Part shown: piece after piece, positions 40,358-51,394 of the stretch
How the letters are laid out: each line of letters begins with the position of its first letter
Position numbering within the stretch: position 1 is the stretch's first letter
Source of the DNA: an uncultured Poribacteria bacterium
GTDB taxonomy: Bacteria > Poribacteria > WGA-4E > WGA-3G
Assembly (NCBI GenBank): GCA_951813565.1
Contig: OX638351.1
Span: forward strand, 3,072,001 to 3,136,000
DNA length: 64,000 nucleotides
Reading direction: 5' to 3'
Notes under the pieces: model-generated
What the model was told of the DNA's origin: nothing
The model's database searches: none
The model's input: the letters and a program-made list of their open reading frames with translations, nothing else
Made by a program: the position numbers and the translations under genes

Positions 40358-41110
40358 ATGGATATCACGGATGCACAAAAAAAGCAATTAGATGAGCAGG
40401 GATGTATTGTCATTCCAGATGTGCTTTCAGACGAAGAGATAGAAATGTATAGAACCGATATACTTCGGTTGGCAGAGCAGGAAAAACAGAACGGTTCAGC
40501 ACTGCGCCATACTAACGGATTCGGTCAGCATGTGCGTTGGTTGATGAACAAAGGTAAGATATACGAGAAACTCGTTGCACATCCCAAGGTGATGCCTTTT
40601 TTTGAACACCTGCTTGGTGCGGATTATACGTTAAGCACTCTCACCTCAAACATCATTGACCCGGGTGCCCCCGATGGAGGATACCACGTTGATAGTGTTT
40701 TAGGTGGAATGCCAGAACCACTACCCAGTTTTCCTGTGGTTGTCAACAGTCTCTGGTTACTTGACGATTTTACGCCAGAAAACGGAGGCACACGACATGT
40801 TCCGGGTATTCATCGTCAACAGATAAAACCGCCTCCCGGTACTACACACCACCCTGACGAAGTGCGCCTCTCTGCACCGAAAGGTTCTGTGTTTCTTTTT
40901 AATGGAGCAGTCTGGCATTCAGCAGGTGCTAACAAGACCGATCAACAGCGCATCGCACTCATCTGCTTCTGTTGTCGGTCCTTCATTAAACCGATGTTCG
41001 ACTTTGTGCATTACCTTGAACCAGAAGTAATTGAACGCGCTACCCCAACGATGCGCAGAATTTATGGGTTTGATTCCCAGCCAAGACCGCCAGATAAACC
41101 TAAGCAGTAA
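40358..41110 (+). CDS. PhyH family dioxygenase
   Basis: YHVD, WLLDDFTPENGGT, VWH. Confidence 0.9.
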   Translation: MDITDAQKKQLDEQGCIVIPDVLSDEEIEMYRTDILRLAEQEKQNGSALRHTNGFGQHVRWLMNKGKIYEKLVAHPKVMPFFEHLLGADYTLSTLTSNIIDPGAPDGGYHVDSVLGGMPEPLPSFPVVVNSLWLLDDFTPENGGTRHVPGIHRQQIKPPPGTTHHPDEVRLSAPKGSVFLFNGAVWHSAGANKTDQQRIALICFCCRSFIKPMFDFVHYLEPEVIERATPTMRRIYGFDSQPRPPDKPKQ

Positions 41111-41202
41111 TTGTAGATGACTCAAAAGGTTAATGTTCAAATCTAAAGATTCGTGCGTTTTCGCCTTTTTGAACTTGTTTACGACTCACCTCTTATTGAT
41201 AA

Positions 41203-41337
41203 TATAGCGGAGTCTACAATTAACTGGACATCTGAGCTGTCCGAGGGAACTCCGATTCCCGACTAACAGTGGTTTCGTCGCGATTCGGAGATCGCTCGGA
41301 CAGAATATATGTGAACTTATTTACATAATTTACTATA
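41203..41337. mobile_element. Degenerate TATAG-ended MITE-like element
   Basis: TATAGCGGAGTCTACAATTAACTGGACAT ... ATGTGAACTTATTTACATAATTTACTATA, with internal hairpins. Confidence 0.55.
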
Positions 41338-41441
41338 ATTCGTAGCTAAGAGAAATTTATCGTCTTGAATTCAAATAATAGGTGTGTTATAATACTTTTA
41401 AACTCAAAACTTGTAAGAGGGAAAGTCACGTGAATTGCGAA

Positions 41442-42110
41442 ATGAGTGAAACGCGAATGCGAATCCTTCAGTTATTGAAGATGCGTAGCAGCCTGACCGT
41501 AAATCAATTGACAGAAGCACTACATATCAGTGCGATGGGAATCAGACAACACCTCACAATTCTTGAAGAGGAAGGCTTGGTTGAGTATCATAGTGAAAAG
41601 CATGGACGTGGGCGTCCGCATCACATTTATAGTTTAACTGATGAGGCGAATAGTCTCTTTCCAACAACTTATGCCAACTTCGCGGTCGGTTTGATGCACG
41701 AAGTAGCAAAATTTAACGGGCCTGGGTTCATCAACAAGGTTTTTCGAAGCCGCATGAAGTCCCAATTACAGATGTACCAAGAACGACTTGACGGTAAAGA
41801 CTTGGTTGAACGCATCAGGGAACTTGCTCGTATTCGCGATGAAGAAGGTTATATGGCGCGTTTTGATGAAAACGAAACAGATTATGTCTTAGTAGAACAC
41901 AATTGCCCTATCGCAGCGATTGCTCAAGAATATCCACACGTGTGTGAGATTGAATTGGGACTATTCCGACAATCCTTAGGTACAAAGGTATACCGGGTTG
42001 AACATCTCATGCAAGGGAGTCATAGATGTTGCTACCGCATTCCTAAAGACAATTGTCAGAACAAGGATTTTGAGTCAACATCTGATGAACAATCGAGCCG
42101 AAATCAATAG
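41442..42110 (+). CDS. SufR-like / ArsR-type HTH metalloregulator
   Basis: HTH IRQHL..L..EGLV, GRGRP, C-terminal EHNCP..VC..RCCY. Confidence 0.8.
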   Translation: MSETRMRILQLLKMRSSLTVNQLTEALHISAMGIRQHLTILEEEGLVEYHSEKHGRGRPHHIYSLTDEANSLFPTTYANFAVGLMHEVAKFNGPGFINKVFRSRMKSQLQMYQERLDGKDLVERIRELARIRDEEGYMARFDENETDYVLVEHNCPIAAIAQEYPHVCEIELGLFRQSLGTKVYRVEHLMQGSHRCCYRIPKDNCQNKDFESTSDEQSSRNQ

Positions 42111-42164
42111 AGTGCTATGCGTGTTCGCTTCTCAATAATTTAAACCGATTTATAGGCAATTTCA

Positions 42165-42758
42165 ATGTCTGACGAAACAGGTAGACGTGACTTTTTCAAA
42201 GAAGCGTTGAATCAAATTATGAAACCTGTCGCCGAATTCCTTGATGACAGGATTGGTGATCAGTTTCCGTTTGATGAACCGAACCGTGTTATTCTACGTC
42301 CACCAGGTGCTTTGCCTGAACCTGAATTTTTAGAGAAATGCCATCGGTGTGGGAACTGTGTCAAAAACTGCCCCGCAAACGCTATACAACCACTACAAAG
42401 CCAAGACCCTAAACTTGCTAACACACCTTACATTGACCCTGAAGAACAACCGTGTGTGATCTGTGATTCGCTGGCATGCATGTACGTCTGTCCAAGTGGT
42501 GCACTACAAACTGTCTTTGCCGAAGATATCAGGATCGGACTTGCAGTTTTCAATGTTGAAACTTGTCTCCGCACAAAATCGGTTGATTGCAGCTACTGCG
42601 TAGATACTTGTCCTATTGGAGAAGACGCTATTAAGTTCTCGCCAGACGGTAGAGTAGAAGTGCTTGATTCAGGATGTACTGGGTGTGGGGTATGTCAGTA
42701 TGCTTGTCCAACAGATCCAAAGTCTATAGTGGTCGAGCCGTTACCGCTTCCACAATAG
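42165..42758 (+). CDS. MauM/NapG-like multi-[4Fe-4S] ferredoxin
   Basis: RRDFFK, LRPPGA, four CxxC..CxxxCP clusters. Confidence 0.88.
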   Translation: MSDETGRRDFFKEALNQIMKPVAEFLDDRIGDQFPFDEPNRVILRPPGALPEPEFLEKCHRCGNCVKNCPANAIQPLQSQDPKLANTPYIDPEEQPCVICDSLACMYVCPSGALQTVFAEDIRIGLAVFNVETCLRTKSVDCSYCVDTCPIGEDAIKFSPDGRVEVLDSGCTGCGVCQYACPTDPKSIVVEPLPLPQ

Positions 42759-42762
42759 CACC

Positions 42763-43299
42763 ATGCCCGTTCTACCTCAAATTCTTTTTCAGACACCTCT
42801 GAACACCCAAAGACTACGTGACATAAAGCCTCCATTGGATGTTCCACCGAACCTTTTCCTGTATATTCTTCTAAGCGGACTCATTCTTGCAGCATTTGTC
42901 GGAATTGTATGGTTCTATCTCCGAAAACGTCGTCAGACCGAGGTATCTCCTCCAACTGAAGAAGTAGTAACGCGCCCACCACATGAAATTGCTCTTGAAC
43001 AATTGAAAATACTTAATGATGCCACGTACGATATGGAGACTTATCACACCCGAATTTCTTATGTCATTCGCGAATACATTGCAGCGCGTTTTAAAATCCC
43101 CGCTTTAGAGTTGACAACTACAGCACTTCTAAAGCAGATGACACATGAACAGATAGACGATTTATATGTTGAACGTATCCAGCAGTTTCTTATCAATTGT
43201 GATAGCGTAAAGTTTACCAAATATCAACCTGAACGATCCGAAGCAGATGCGCGTATGGCAGACGCTCAATGGTTTGTTGAAGAAACGAAAATACCGTAA
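42763..43299 (+). CDS. Membrane-anchored protein of the type seen in Bat/DUF58 loci
   Basis: LRDIKPP, transmembrane helix, PPHEIAL, ALELTT, D.VKF.KY.P. Confidence 0.6.
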   Translation: MPVLPQILFQTPLNTQRLRDIKPPLDVPPNLFLYILLSGLILAAFVGIVWFYLRKRRQTEVSPPTEEVVTRPPHEIALEQLKILNDATYDMETYHTRISYVIREYIAARFKIPALELTTTALLKQMTHEQIDDLYVERIQQFLINCDSVKFTKYQPERSEADARMADAQWFVEETKIP

Positions 43300-43629
43300 G
43301 TGCCAATTTCAGTTAGCCACAACACGCTTGACTCCCAAGGTCGGTAGGAGCGATTTTCTAATCGCTCCAGATAATCCGCGAAAACCGTTAATTCTTTGAT
43401 GATTATAGAAAGTATCTTGATTAATGTTGTTCTTATATGTAATAATTACGGTATATATTACATATAAGTTTGTATAGAACGCATTCCTATATAACATCAA
43501 ATGAAAAGACCTTGAAATATTTTACAAACTTTGGTATCCTTTTATACGCAATAAAAGATAGTTATTGCTTGGTAATTCTTTATCATACGCATGTGAATTC
43601 GGATTAATCTAACAAGGAGGCAACTCAGC

Positions 43630-44064
43630 GTGGCAAATACACTTTCCAATGACCAAGTGCTCCTGACTATACCGATGCGCCCTGATATGGAACTTGCGGC
43701 CGCCAAATTAGCTTCTGTTATCGCCGAATCAATGAGTTTTGACGATGATCAGATTGAAGAAATTCAATTGGCGATGATTGAATCCTGTATTAACGCATTT
43801 GAGCATAGTAGAAGTCCAGATCAGATGGTCATCATTAAGTACATCATGAGAGCAGACGAATTGGAATTCAAAATTACGGACCAAGGAGTCGGTTTTTCCC
43901 CTGAAAATCGACCGCAGCGTAGAACCAGCAAGCCAGATTTACATCCTGATATGCGAAAGCGCGGATGGGGCTTAGAAATTATTCATGCACTCATGGACAG
44001 TGTGGATATTATGAGCGGGGAAAACGGAACGACAATTAGTATGGTTAAGTGTAAGACTGTGTAA
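43630..44064 (+). CDS. RsbW-like anti-sigma factor kinase
   Basis: E.CINAFEH, ITDQGVGF, RGWGL..LMD. Confidence 0.88.
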   Translation: MANTLSNDQVLLTIPMRPDMELAAAKLASVIAESMSFDDDQIEEIQLAMIESCINAFEHSRSPDQMVIIKYIMRADELEFKITDQGVGFSPENRPQRRTSKPDLHPDMRKRGWGLEIIHALMDSVDIMSGENGTTISMVKCKTV

Positions 44065-44105
44065 AATTGACATAGATCCGTCTCACTTTCAAGGAGGGAA
44101 AAAGT

Positions 44106-44450
44106 TTGGCAAACAAATTTGATATTCAAATCCGTGCTGATCAGGAATACGCTGTACTCGAAACAGCGGGATACTTAAATGATTCACTTGGAGAACAACT
44201 TTCAAAGAAAGCACAAGAGCTCATTCAAAAAGGATATACCCAACTGGTAATCAATCTGGATAAAACCGCACTGATTAACAGCATTGGCATCTCCATTCTG
44301 ATAGAAATTATTGAGGCACTTGATGAACGGAACGGAACGTTAAATTTCTGTGGGTTGTCTGCAACGCAGGAACGTACTTTTCGTATGATGGCAATAGCAA
44401 AATATGCGGGAATCTTTCCAGATGAAAAAACTGCAATAGAAAATTTCTAA
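44106..44450 (+). CDS. RsbV-like STAS anti-anti-sigma factor
   Basis: VINL..INSIGISIL; AAGGAGG RBS before TTG. Confidence 0.88.
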   Translation: MANKFDIQIRADQEYAVLETAGYLNDSLGEQLSKKAQELIQKGYTQLVINLDKTALINSIGISILIEIIEALDERNGTLNFCGLSATQERTFRMMAIAKYAGIFPDEKTAIENF

Positions 44451-44576
44451 CAAACTCTAAACTTAACACTCACCACTACAAACCTATACTGCCTAAGTCG
44501 CCGTTTTTTACCACAAACGGGTCAATAGGATTGGATACCCTACCGTAAGTTTTGAAGACAAAAGGAACAATCCGTC

Positions 44577-46457
44577 ATGCACCTAAGTTCAGCAGAAGAA
44601 ACTATACAAAGGTTAATATTCAGTTTGTCTGAATTGGAACAGTTAGGTCAGACGCTAATTTCCGGACACAGTAACTTTAACGTTTCAAGCAAGACCTATC
44701 TTCGAATTACGCTTGGCACCCTTCAGGCAGCTCGGGGTGCTATCTTTTGTTTCCACCCAACAGATAATTATCTGACAATTGCCGCCTCAACCCCAGAAGT
44801 AGAAATCCCGCCAATTGAAATTGAACCTGACGAAGTTGCAAGTCTACTTGAATGTACTTTCGTTGAATTAGACACACCACCACAAAATTTGCAAAATTTC
44901 ATCAACAGAAACTCGGAACAGCTTAATGGATCTGCAATGCATCGTCTCTGGGTGCCGTTAAAAATCCATGACGAGTTCCTCGGAATCCTGAGTTTAGGCA
45001 AATTTTTAGGGCGCACCGCATTAGAAGACTGGGAACAAGAACTCTTAACCATTCTGGCACACCAAATATCAATTGCAATCGCATATTCTCGGATTGTGGA
45101 AGGTATTCAAAGTGAAAAGTTTCGGTTGTTTATGTTGGCTGAAAGTGCTCCTCAAATTTGTCAATTGTTACAACCAGAAGACGCAGCAGAACAGGTAGTC
45201 CATCAAGCAGTGGCACTCCTTGATGCGAATGTAGGTGGACTGATGCTAATTCAACCACAGCAGCAAAATCTTGAGTTACGGTACGCTTTCCCCGAGACTT
45301 TAATTTCTGAAAACGGTGACCAAAACGGAAAGGATCCAATCTCTATTTCATTAAAAGATATAGAAGCGGACACAGTAGATGTAAATGAAAAAACAGCATT
45401 TGATATGTTAGTTGGCGTTGTTAAAGAAGGCAGGACAGACCGGTGCTCCTTTAAAACGAATACTTTCTTCGGTGGAAAAAACTTGATGGCAGGTCCTATA
45501 CCGGGACGTGATGGTGATATTTTAGGCGTACTTGTTGTAGGAGACAAAGAGGAACGTGGTGGCAGAATTGCTGAATTTACAGACGAAGATGAGATACTTC
45601 TTGATTCCTTCGCGAAACAAGCAGGCGTGGCAATTGAAAACGCTCACCTACATCAAGAGGCACTTGATGCACGCCAATTACAAGCAGAGATGGAGGAAGC
45701 TCGGAAAATCCAAGAAAATCTGATTCCAGACACACTTCCTGACATACCCGGCTACGAGGTTGCGGGACATTACGAACCGCGCGGTCCTGTCGGTGGTGAT
45801 TATTATGACTGTATTGAACTGCCAACTGGTAGATGGGGACTTGCTATCGCTGATGTTTCTGGTAAAGGAATGCAAGCGGCACTCTTGATGGCAACACTTC
45901 GTGCAGGACTGCTTTCTGAGTTAACAAGTTCAAGGGGGCGTGAAGACGAATCCATAGATATGAAAAATGAGTTGATTGACATGGCAATGACTCTAAACTC
46001 ATTACTCTACGTCAGCGGAACTGAAGAAAAATATGCTACGTTCTTTTATAGCCATCTTAATCCAGAAACCGACACACTAACAACTCTAAATGGTGGACAC
46101 AATCCGCCGCTGGTTGTGAAAAACGATGGAAACATCGTATGGTTAGGGGAAGAAGTCGGTGGATTGCCGTTGGGAATGTTCCCGAATGATATGGTCCCGC
46201 TTATCGCTAAATATGAAGCTGAACAAATAAAACTCGAAAGCGGTGATCTTATCATCTTTTATACTGATGGTGTCACTGAAACCGTCAACATTGAGGATGA
46301 ATTCTATGATGAAGAGCGCCTTGAACAGGTTGCCAAAACATGTACCGATAGTGATGCCTCACATATATGTAACTTAATCTATCAGGCAGTAATGGACTTT
46401 CAGGGAGATGCTGACCAATTCGACGATCTGACGTTACTTGTCCTCCGAAAGAAATAG
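44577..46457 (+). CDS. GAF-domain PP2C (SpoIIE/RsbU-like) phosphatase
   Basis: GGDYYD, IADVSGKG, YTDGVTE, DDLT; two GAF-like regions. Confidence 0.92.
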   Translation: MHLSSAEETIQRLIFSLSELEQLGQTLISGHSNFNVSSKTYLRITLGTLQAARGAIFCFHPTDNYLTIAASTPEVEIPPIEIEPDEVASLLECTFVELDTPPQNLQNFINRNSEQLNGSAMHRLWVPLKIHDEFLGILSLGKFLGRTALEDWEQELLTILAHQISIAIAYSRIVEGIQSEKFRLFMLAESAPQICQLLQPEDAAEQVVHQAVALLDANVGGLMLIQPQQQNLELRYAFPETLISENGDQNGKDPISISLKDIEADTVDVNEKTAFDMLVGVVKEGRTDRCSFKTNTFFGGKNLMAGPIPGRDGDILGVLVVGDKEERGGRIAEFTDEDEILLDSFAKQAGVAIENAHLHQEALDARQLQAEMEEARKIQENLIPDTLPDIPGYEVAGHYEPRGPVGGDYYDCIELPTGRWGLAIADVSGKGMQAALLMATLRAGLLSELTSSRGREDESIDMKNELIDMAMTLNSLLYVSGTEEKYATFFYSHLNPETDTLTTLNGGHNPPLVVKNDGNIVWLGEEVGGLPLGMFPNDMVPLIAKYEAEQIKLESGDLIIFYTDGVTETVNIEDEFYDEERLEQVAKTCTDSDASHICNLIYQAVMDFQGDADQFDDLTLLVLRKK

Positions 46458-46469
46458 GAAACCAAAACC

Positions 46470-47432
46470 ATGCAACAAACATCTGAAGGACGTAGATTTT
46501 TAAGTCCCACAATCCTTGCACAAATTGGCAATCTTGAACTCATTGCGAAATTTGTTGTTGAAGGATTCATCTCTGGATTACATAAAAGTCCATACCACGG
46601 GTTTAGTGTTGAGTTTTCGCAATACAGACAATATATGCCGGGGGACGATACAAAACACATCGACTGGAAAGTTTACGGTAGAACCGACCGCTACTACATC
46701 AAACAGTTTGAAGAAGAAACAAATCTTAACTGTTATCTTTTGTTAGATACCAGCCAGTCTATGGCGCACCCATCCCCTGAGGACCTACAAGAGATAGACG
46801 CTGCGCAACAACCTGAAACATCTGAAGGTGTAGGGCCCTTATCAAAACTCCGCTATGCCAGTTTCCTTATAGCCTCACTCTCTTATTTTATGGCGAAACA
46901 GAAAGATGCTGTTGGGTTCGCATATTTTGACGAAAAAGTACATCAGTACTTGCCTGCGCGGAGTAGTGCTTCACACATGCATTCTATCTTGTTGACATTG
47001 GAAAACCTCCAAACTGCCAAGGAAACCCGAATTGGCGAACCGCTACATCAAATCGCAGAACGGTTGACGAAACGTGGGTTAGTAATTCTCATTTCTGACC
47101 TTTACGATGAAAATCCTGATGAGGTAATTGAAGGGCTTGAACATCTCCGTTACGATGGGCACGAGGTTATTGTCTTTCACCTACTATCTCAACAGGAGGT
47201 GGAATTTGAGTTTGAAAAGCTTATCCGTTTCGTTGATGCAGAAAACGACCAAGAAATTATCACAACACCACAAGTCATTCGGGACAGTTACATGAGCAAT
47301 TTTAACGAATTTATTAACCATTACCGAACAACGTTGAATCAATCGGATATTGATTACAACCTGATAAATACATCAACACCGATTGACCGCGCGCTTTCAT
47401 CATATTTAGCGAAGCGACAAGGATTCTTATAA
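46470..47432 (+). CDS. DUF58 family protein
   Basis: GLHKSP..GFSVEF, Y.PGDD, IDWK, LLDTSQSM, ISDL. Confidence 0.92.
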   Translation: MQQTSEGRRFLSPTILAQIGNLELIAKFVVEGFISGLHKSPYHGFSVEFSQYRQYMPGDDTKHIDWKVYGRTDRYYIKQFEEETNLNCYLLLDTSQSMAHPSPEDLQEIDAAQQPETSEGVGPLSKLRYASFLIASLSYFMAKQKDAVGFAYFDEKVHQYLPARSSASHMHSILLTLENLQTAKETRIGEPLHQIAERLTKRGLVILISDLYDENPDEVIEGLEHLRYDGHEVIVFHLLSQQEVEFEFEKLIRFVDAENDQEIITTPQVIRDSYMSNFNEFINHYRTTLNQSDIDYNLINTSTPIDRALSSYLAKRQGFL

Positions 47433-47477
47433 AAGTAGCAGGCACACCGGTGCCGACGCACGAAGGAGACATACACG

Positions 47478-49574
47478 ATGGGTTTTTTAGCTGGGGCGTT
47501 TGCTATTGCAGGTACTATAGGGGCATCTATCCCTCTTATTATCCACTTACTGAACCGGGAACGTGCGCGCAGACTTATTTTTAGTACTGTTCGTTTCATC
47601 CAGATGTCACATCAAACAAATGTGCAACGCCACAAACTAAAGCGGCTACTTCTGCTGCTTATGCGCATCTTGATGTTAATACTTCTTGGTTTCGCCTTTG
47701 CACGACCTTTTTTTGCGGCTGACCCTACAACCGCTCCTGAATTAGGCGGTGTGCGGAATGCAGTTATCATTTTAGATACATCCTACAGCATGCAGTATGA
47801 AGACGTTTTTGCACGTGCGAAAGAAGAGGCAATCAACCGCCTTGACAGTTTAGAGAGTGCCGATGTTGTTGCGCTCATCCTATCTGCAGACAAAGCGCGG
47901 AAAGTTTTGCCTATTGACTCTCAACATAATCACATCAGAACAGCAATAGAAAGTGCAGAGCCTACTGACTATACAACCGATTATCTTGATGCTATCCAAA
48001 CTGCTGATGAAATTCTTCAGGGAATTTCAGTCGGACAGAAACAGATATACCTTATTGCAGACTTGCAGAAAATCGGATGGGAAAACTTCCTTGAAACCGA
48101 CAGGCTTAGTCCCGATGTAGACATCGAATTTGTCAATGTCGCAGTTGAACAACCGAACAACCGCGCAATTACCGACATCAATGTTCCACCAGTAGTACTC
48201 ATTGAACAAAAAGATACTGAATTGGTGGCACGTATTCACAATTTCAGCACTGAAGAGGTTCAAAAACTACCTGTCCGTCTATTTATTGACAACAATAAAG
48301 TCCAAACCACGCAATTGGATATCGCGCCAGAAGATAGCGCGGATGCCATCTTTAAAATGGAAATTGATCTGCAATCAGAATCCATTCATACAGGTTGGGT
48401 TGAAATTGATTCTGATGCTCTTGAAATTGACAACAGATACTATTTTACTGTGCAAAGCATGAAATCTATCAAGGTGCATGCTGTCAATGGCGAACAGAAA
48501 AGATCTGATATTGAAGATGAAACCTTCTTTTTGACAAGAGCATTGAAAAACGTTGGAGATGAAGGCGCCCCTATTGATTATACAGAATCTACCACATTAC
48601 CGTCAGCAGCTGCGCTACAGCGGTACGATGTGCTTATTCTCGCAAATGTAAAACAGATAACAGCAGCTGAAGCCGAAAGATTGAAAACTTATGTTAATAC
48701 AGGTGGCGGACTAATTATCACGCTTGGAGATCAAGTTGATTCAAGCATTTACCAGCAACACCTTGGCGGAACAGAAAACGCACTCATGCCGTGTACTTTA
48801 ATGCAAGCGGTCGGTGACCCAATCGGCAAAGATGAGTTTCAAGTCATCGCGAGTGTTGATTATCGTCATCCTATTTTTACCCCGTTTCGCAATCCAAACC
48901 ATGGAGACTTTGGAAAAGGGCGATTTTATAGATATTTTCAGACGGTCCCCACGCCAGAAGCAGTAACTATCGCTGCTTTTGATGACGGAAACCCAGCAGT
49001 CCTTGAAAAAATTTACGGCAACGGACGAGTCCTCTGTCTTACATCCACGATTGATCGTGAGTGGAACGATCTGCCTATACACGGTGTCTATCTACCTTTT
49101 TTACACGAAACTATCAAATATCTTGCGCTGAAGCAAGCAGGCAAAGTGCCGGACTATCGTGTTGGAGACAGTGTAGAATACAATGGATCTCAAGATAGTG
49201 CAGGAAAAGAGGTGGCTGTTTTCAATCCAGATCGCAAAGAAACACGGATGACGTTGAATGAACAAGGCAGCCTCTTTTATGAAAATACTGAACACCCTGG
49301 TATCTATTCAGTACACGGTTCTGGCGGATCACCGCACTATTTTGTTGTTAATATTGATACTGTTGAGTCCGACTTAACACTTCGGAATCCAGAGGAGTTA
49401 ACCAGCATGCTTGTCGGTTCTACTGAATTTGACCGTGCCCCATCTGAACTTACAGCCGAAGTTAAACAACAATACCGTGAAGATGTTGAGAAAAATCAGG
49501 GTGTCGCGACTTATCTTCTTTTAGCAGTTTTCGCACTTGCAATAACGGAAATGTTCCTCGCAAATCGTGTATAG
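47478..49574 (+). CDS. BatA / VWA domain protein
   Basis: PLIIHLL..FS, ARP, ILDTSYSM (MIDAS), C-terminal transmembrane segment. Confidence 0.88.
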   Translation: MGFLAGAFAIAGTIGASIPLIIHLLNRERARRLIFSTVRFIQMSHQTNVQRHKLKRLLLLLMRILMLILLGFAFARPFFAADPTTAPELGGVRNAVIILDTSYSMQYEDVFARAKEEAINRLDSLESADVVALILSADKARKVLPIDSQHNHIRTAIESAEPTDYTTDYLDAIQTADEILQGISVGQKQIYLIADLQKIGWENFLETDRLSPDVDIEFVNVAVEQPNNRAITDINVPPVVLIEQKDTELVARIHNFSTEEVQKLPVRLFIDNNKVQTTQLDIAPEDSADAIFKMEIDLQSESIHTGWVEIDSDALEIDNRYYFTVQSMKSIKVHAVNGEQKRSDIEDETFFLTRALKNVGDEGAPIDYTESTTLPSAAALQRYDVLILANVKQITAAEAERLKTYVNTGGGLIITLGDQVDSSIYQQHLGGTENALMPCTLMQAVGDPIGKDEFQVIASVDYRHPIFTPFRNPNHGDFGKGRFYRYFQTVPTPEAVTIAAFDDGNPAVLEKIYGNGRVLCLTSTIDREWNDLPIHGVYLPFLHETIKYLALKQAGKVPDYRVGDSVEYNGSQDSAGKEVAVFNPDRKETRMTLNEQGSLFYENTEHPGIYSVHGSGGSPHYFVVNIDTVESDLTLRNPEELTSMLVGSTEFDRAPSELTAEVKQQYREDVEKNQGVATYLLLAVFALAITEMFLANRV

Positions 49575-49845
49575 TTGTGATACAATTTTACTTTAGCAAT
49601 ATCAAAATCTGCCTTATGGTCTTGGACTAATGAATTTGAACGTAATAACGTATCTGAATAATAACATCTCATTAACAAATAACGCGTTTGTAGTCGCGCA
49701 ATTCATTGCGCCTCGGACATTCAACATAAGATAAGTTTAATAATCTCATAAAACTCTGTTATGGTGTTTTATTTATCAGAATTGGTATAATTATTTATTC
49801 TTTAGGTTTGTGTCTCTATGAGATTTAGGAGGATAATATAAACAA

Positions 49846-50769
49846 ATGGGTCCCGAATTAACAGATAAAATTGAAGTTCCAGATGTTGTATCTGATAAGG
49901 AATGTCAATTTTTTATTGAAAACGGATATCTTGTCGTTCCAAACTTGCTATCCGAAAGCGAAATTGAAGAACTTAGGCAAGATACAGTTACGCTTGCTCG
50001 TGGTGGATATGAATGTGATAACATGAAACCTTTGCCCGATAGTGTTACAGACGAAGATGCAATCGGCAGAATTCTTTGTATTCATCAACCGCATTTCGTT
50101 AGCGATACTATTGAAAAGTACGTCAAACACCCAAAAATCTGTGGAATCCTGAGCCAAATTACCGCCGCACACCTGCCTTTTTGGGATGGTAGCGTTAAGT
50201 GTATGCAGTCAATGCTTTTCGTCAAACCACCTAATTTTCAGGGACAGGCGTGGCATCAGGACGAAATCTATATTCCCACGCGCGACCGTTCCTTAATCGG
50301 TGCGTGGATTGCTATGGATGATGCAAATGTGGAGAATGGGTGTTTGTGGGTACTTCCTGGTTCTCATCGGCACGGTTATTTATATCCACAGCGTAATCAC
50401 GAAAATCCTGACGAATTCGATTTCGCGCAGGAAAGTTACGGATTTGACGGTTCAACGGAAGTCCCTGTTGAAGTAACAACAGGAACGCTTGTCTTCTTCA
50501 ACGGCTATTTACTGCATCGTTCCCGCAAAAATAGAGGAAATACATTCCGTCGAGTCCTTGTCAACCATTACTGCAATTCATGGTCATTGCTTCCGTGGTC
50601 AATCCGAGAAGGAGAACGACCTGCAAGTGCTGACCGACGTTGCATTATTCCTGTATCTGGGGTTGATCCTTATTCATGGAAAGGTTATGACGAACCCGGC
50701 AAAAACGTAGGGTTGCGAACATGCAAAGCGATTGACGAATTGCCGCCTATTGCGGCGGAAAGTGAGTAA
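49846..50769 (+). CDS. PhyH family dioxygenase
   Basis: WHQD, WIAMDDA..ENGCL..PGSH, LHRS. Confidence 0.92.
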   Translation: MGPELTDKIEVPDVVSDKECQFFIENGYLVVPNLLSESEIEELRQDTVTLARGGYECDNMKPLPDSVTDEDAIGRILCIHQPHFVSDTIEKYVKHPKICGILSQITAAHLPFWDGSVKCMQSMLFVKPPNFQGQAWHQDEIYIPTRDRSLIGAWIAMDDANVENGCLWVLPGSHRHGYLYPQRNHENPDEFDFAQESYGFDGSTEVPVEVTTGTLVFFNGYLLHRSRKNRGNTFRRVLVNHYCNSWSLLPWSIREGERPASADRRCIIPVSGVDPYSWKGYDEPGKNVGLRTCKAIDELPPIAAESE

Positions 50770-50773
50770 TACG

Positions 50774-50977
50774 ATGACAACGGAACTGACATTTGATCTA
50801 CAGAACACATTGGAGACTATGTTAAACCGTATCGCGACAGGGGACGACATCACTGAACAACTTCTCAAGATTGAGCAGTTATCTACGGACATAGAGTCTA
50901 CTGCGCCAACAATGCTTAAGCATTATCTTGAACGGAAAAGTTATACAAAAGCATTGGATTTTCTTAAAGATTTGTAA
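50774..50977 (+). CDS. Small hypothetical protein
   Basis: 67-aa ORF directly after the PhyH gene, ending LKHYLERKSYTKALDFL. Confidence 0.6.
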   Translation: MTTELTFDLQNTLETMLNRIATGDDITEQLLKIEQLSTDIESTAPTMLKHYLERKSYTKALDFLKDL

Positions 50978-51230
50978 AATTCTGTTTTGTCAATGTTTAG
51001 AGGTATTCAATTGTAGAGAATTACTCTTGTTGGAGGGGTTTGTAACCCCGATTTAATAACAAACGCGTTTGTAGTCGCGCAATTCATTGCGCCTCTTTTT
51101 ACGTTTTTAGATGTGAAAAACCGAAAATTGAATGGCTCTGTTTCCGCTATTTGTAAACCTTGACAAATCTGAAGTTCTGTGATACAGTTCCACCAATAAA
51201 GCAGTGCCAACTTTTTATAGGCATTGCTTT

Positions 51231-51346
51231 TTATAGTAAAATTCACAATTACCTTTACATTGGCGAGGTTAGGAAACCTCGCCAGCGCATGCGTGTGGGA
51301 ATTGCTGTTCATTGAAATGTGAACATATTATTGGATTTTACTATAA
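51231..51346. mobile_element. 116-bp MITE, copy 2
   Basis: Matches 24927-25042 by eye; flanks unrelated. Confidence 0.85.
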
Positions 51347-51394
51347 CATAAAACTACTGTTGAGCCGAAGATTCAAACTTGAAATGAGGACTAC

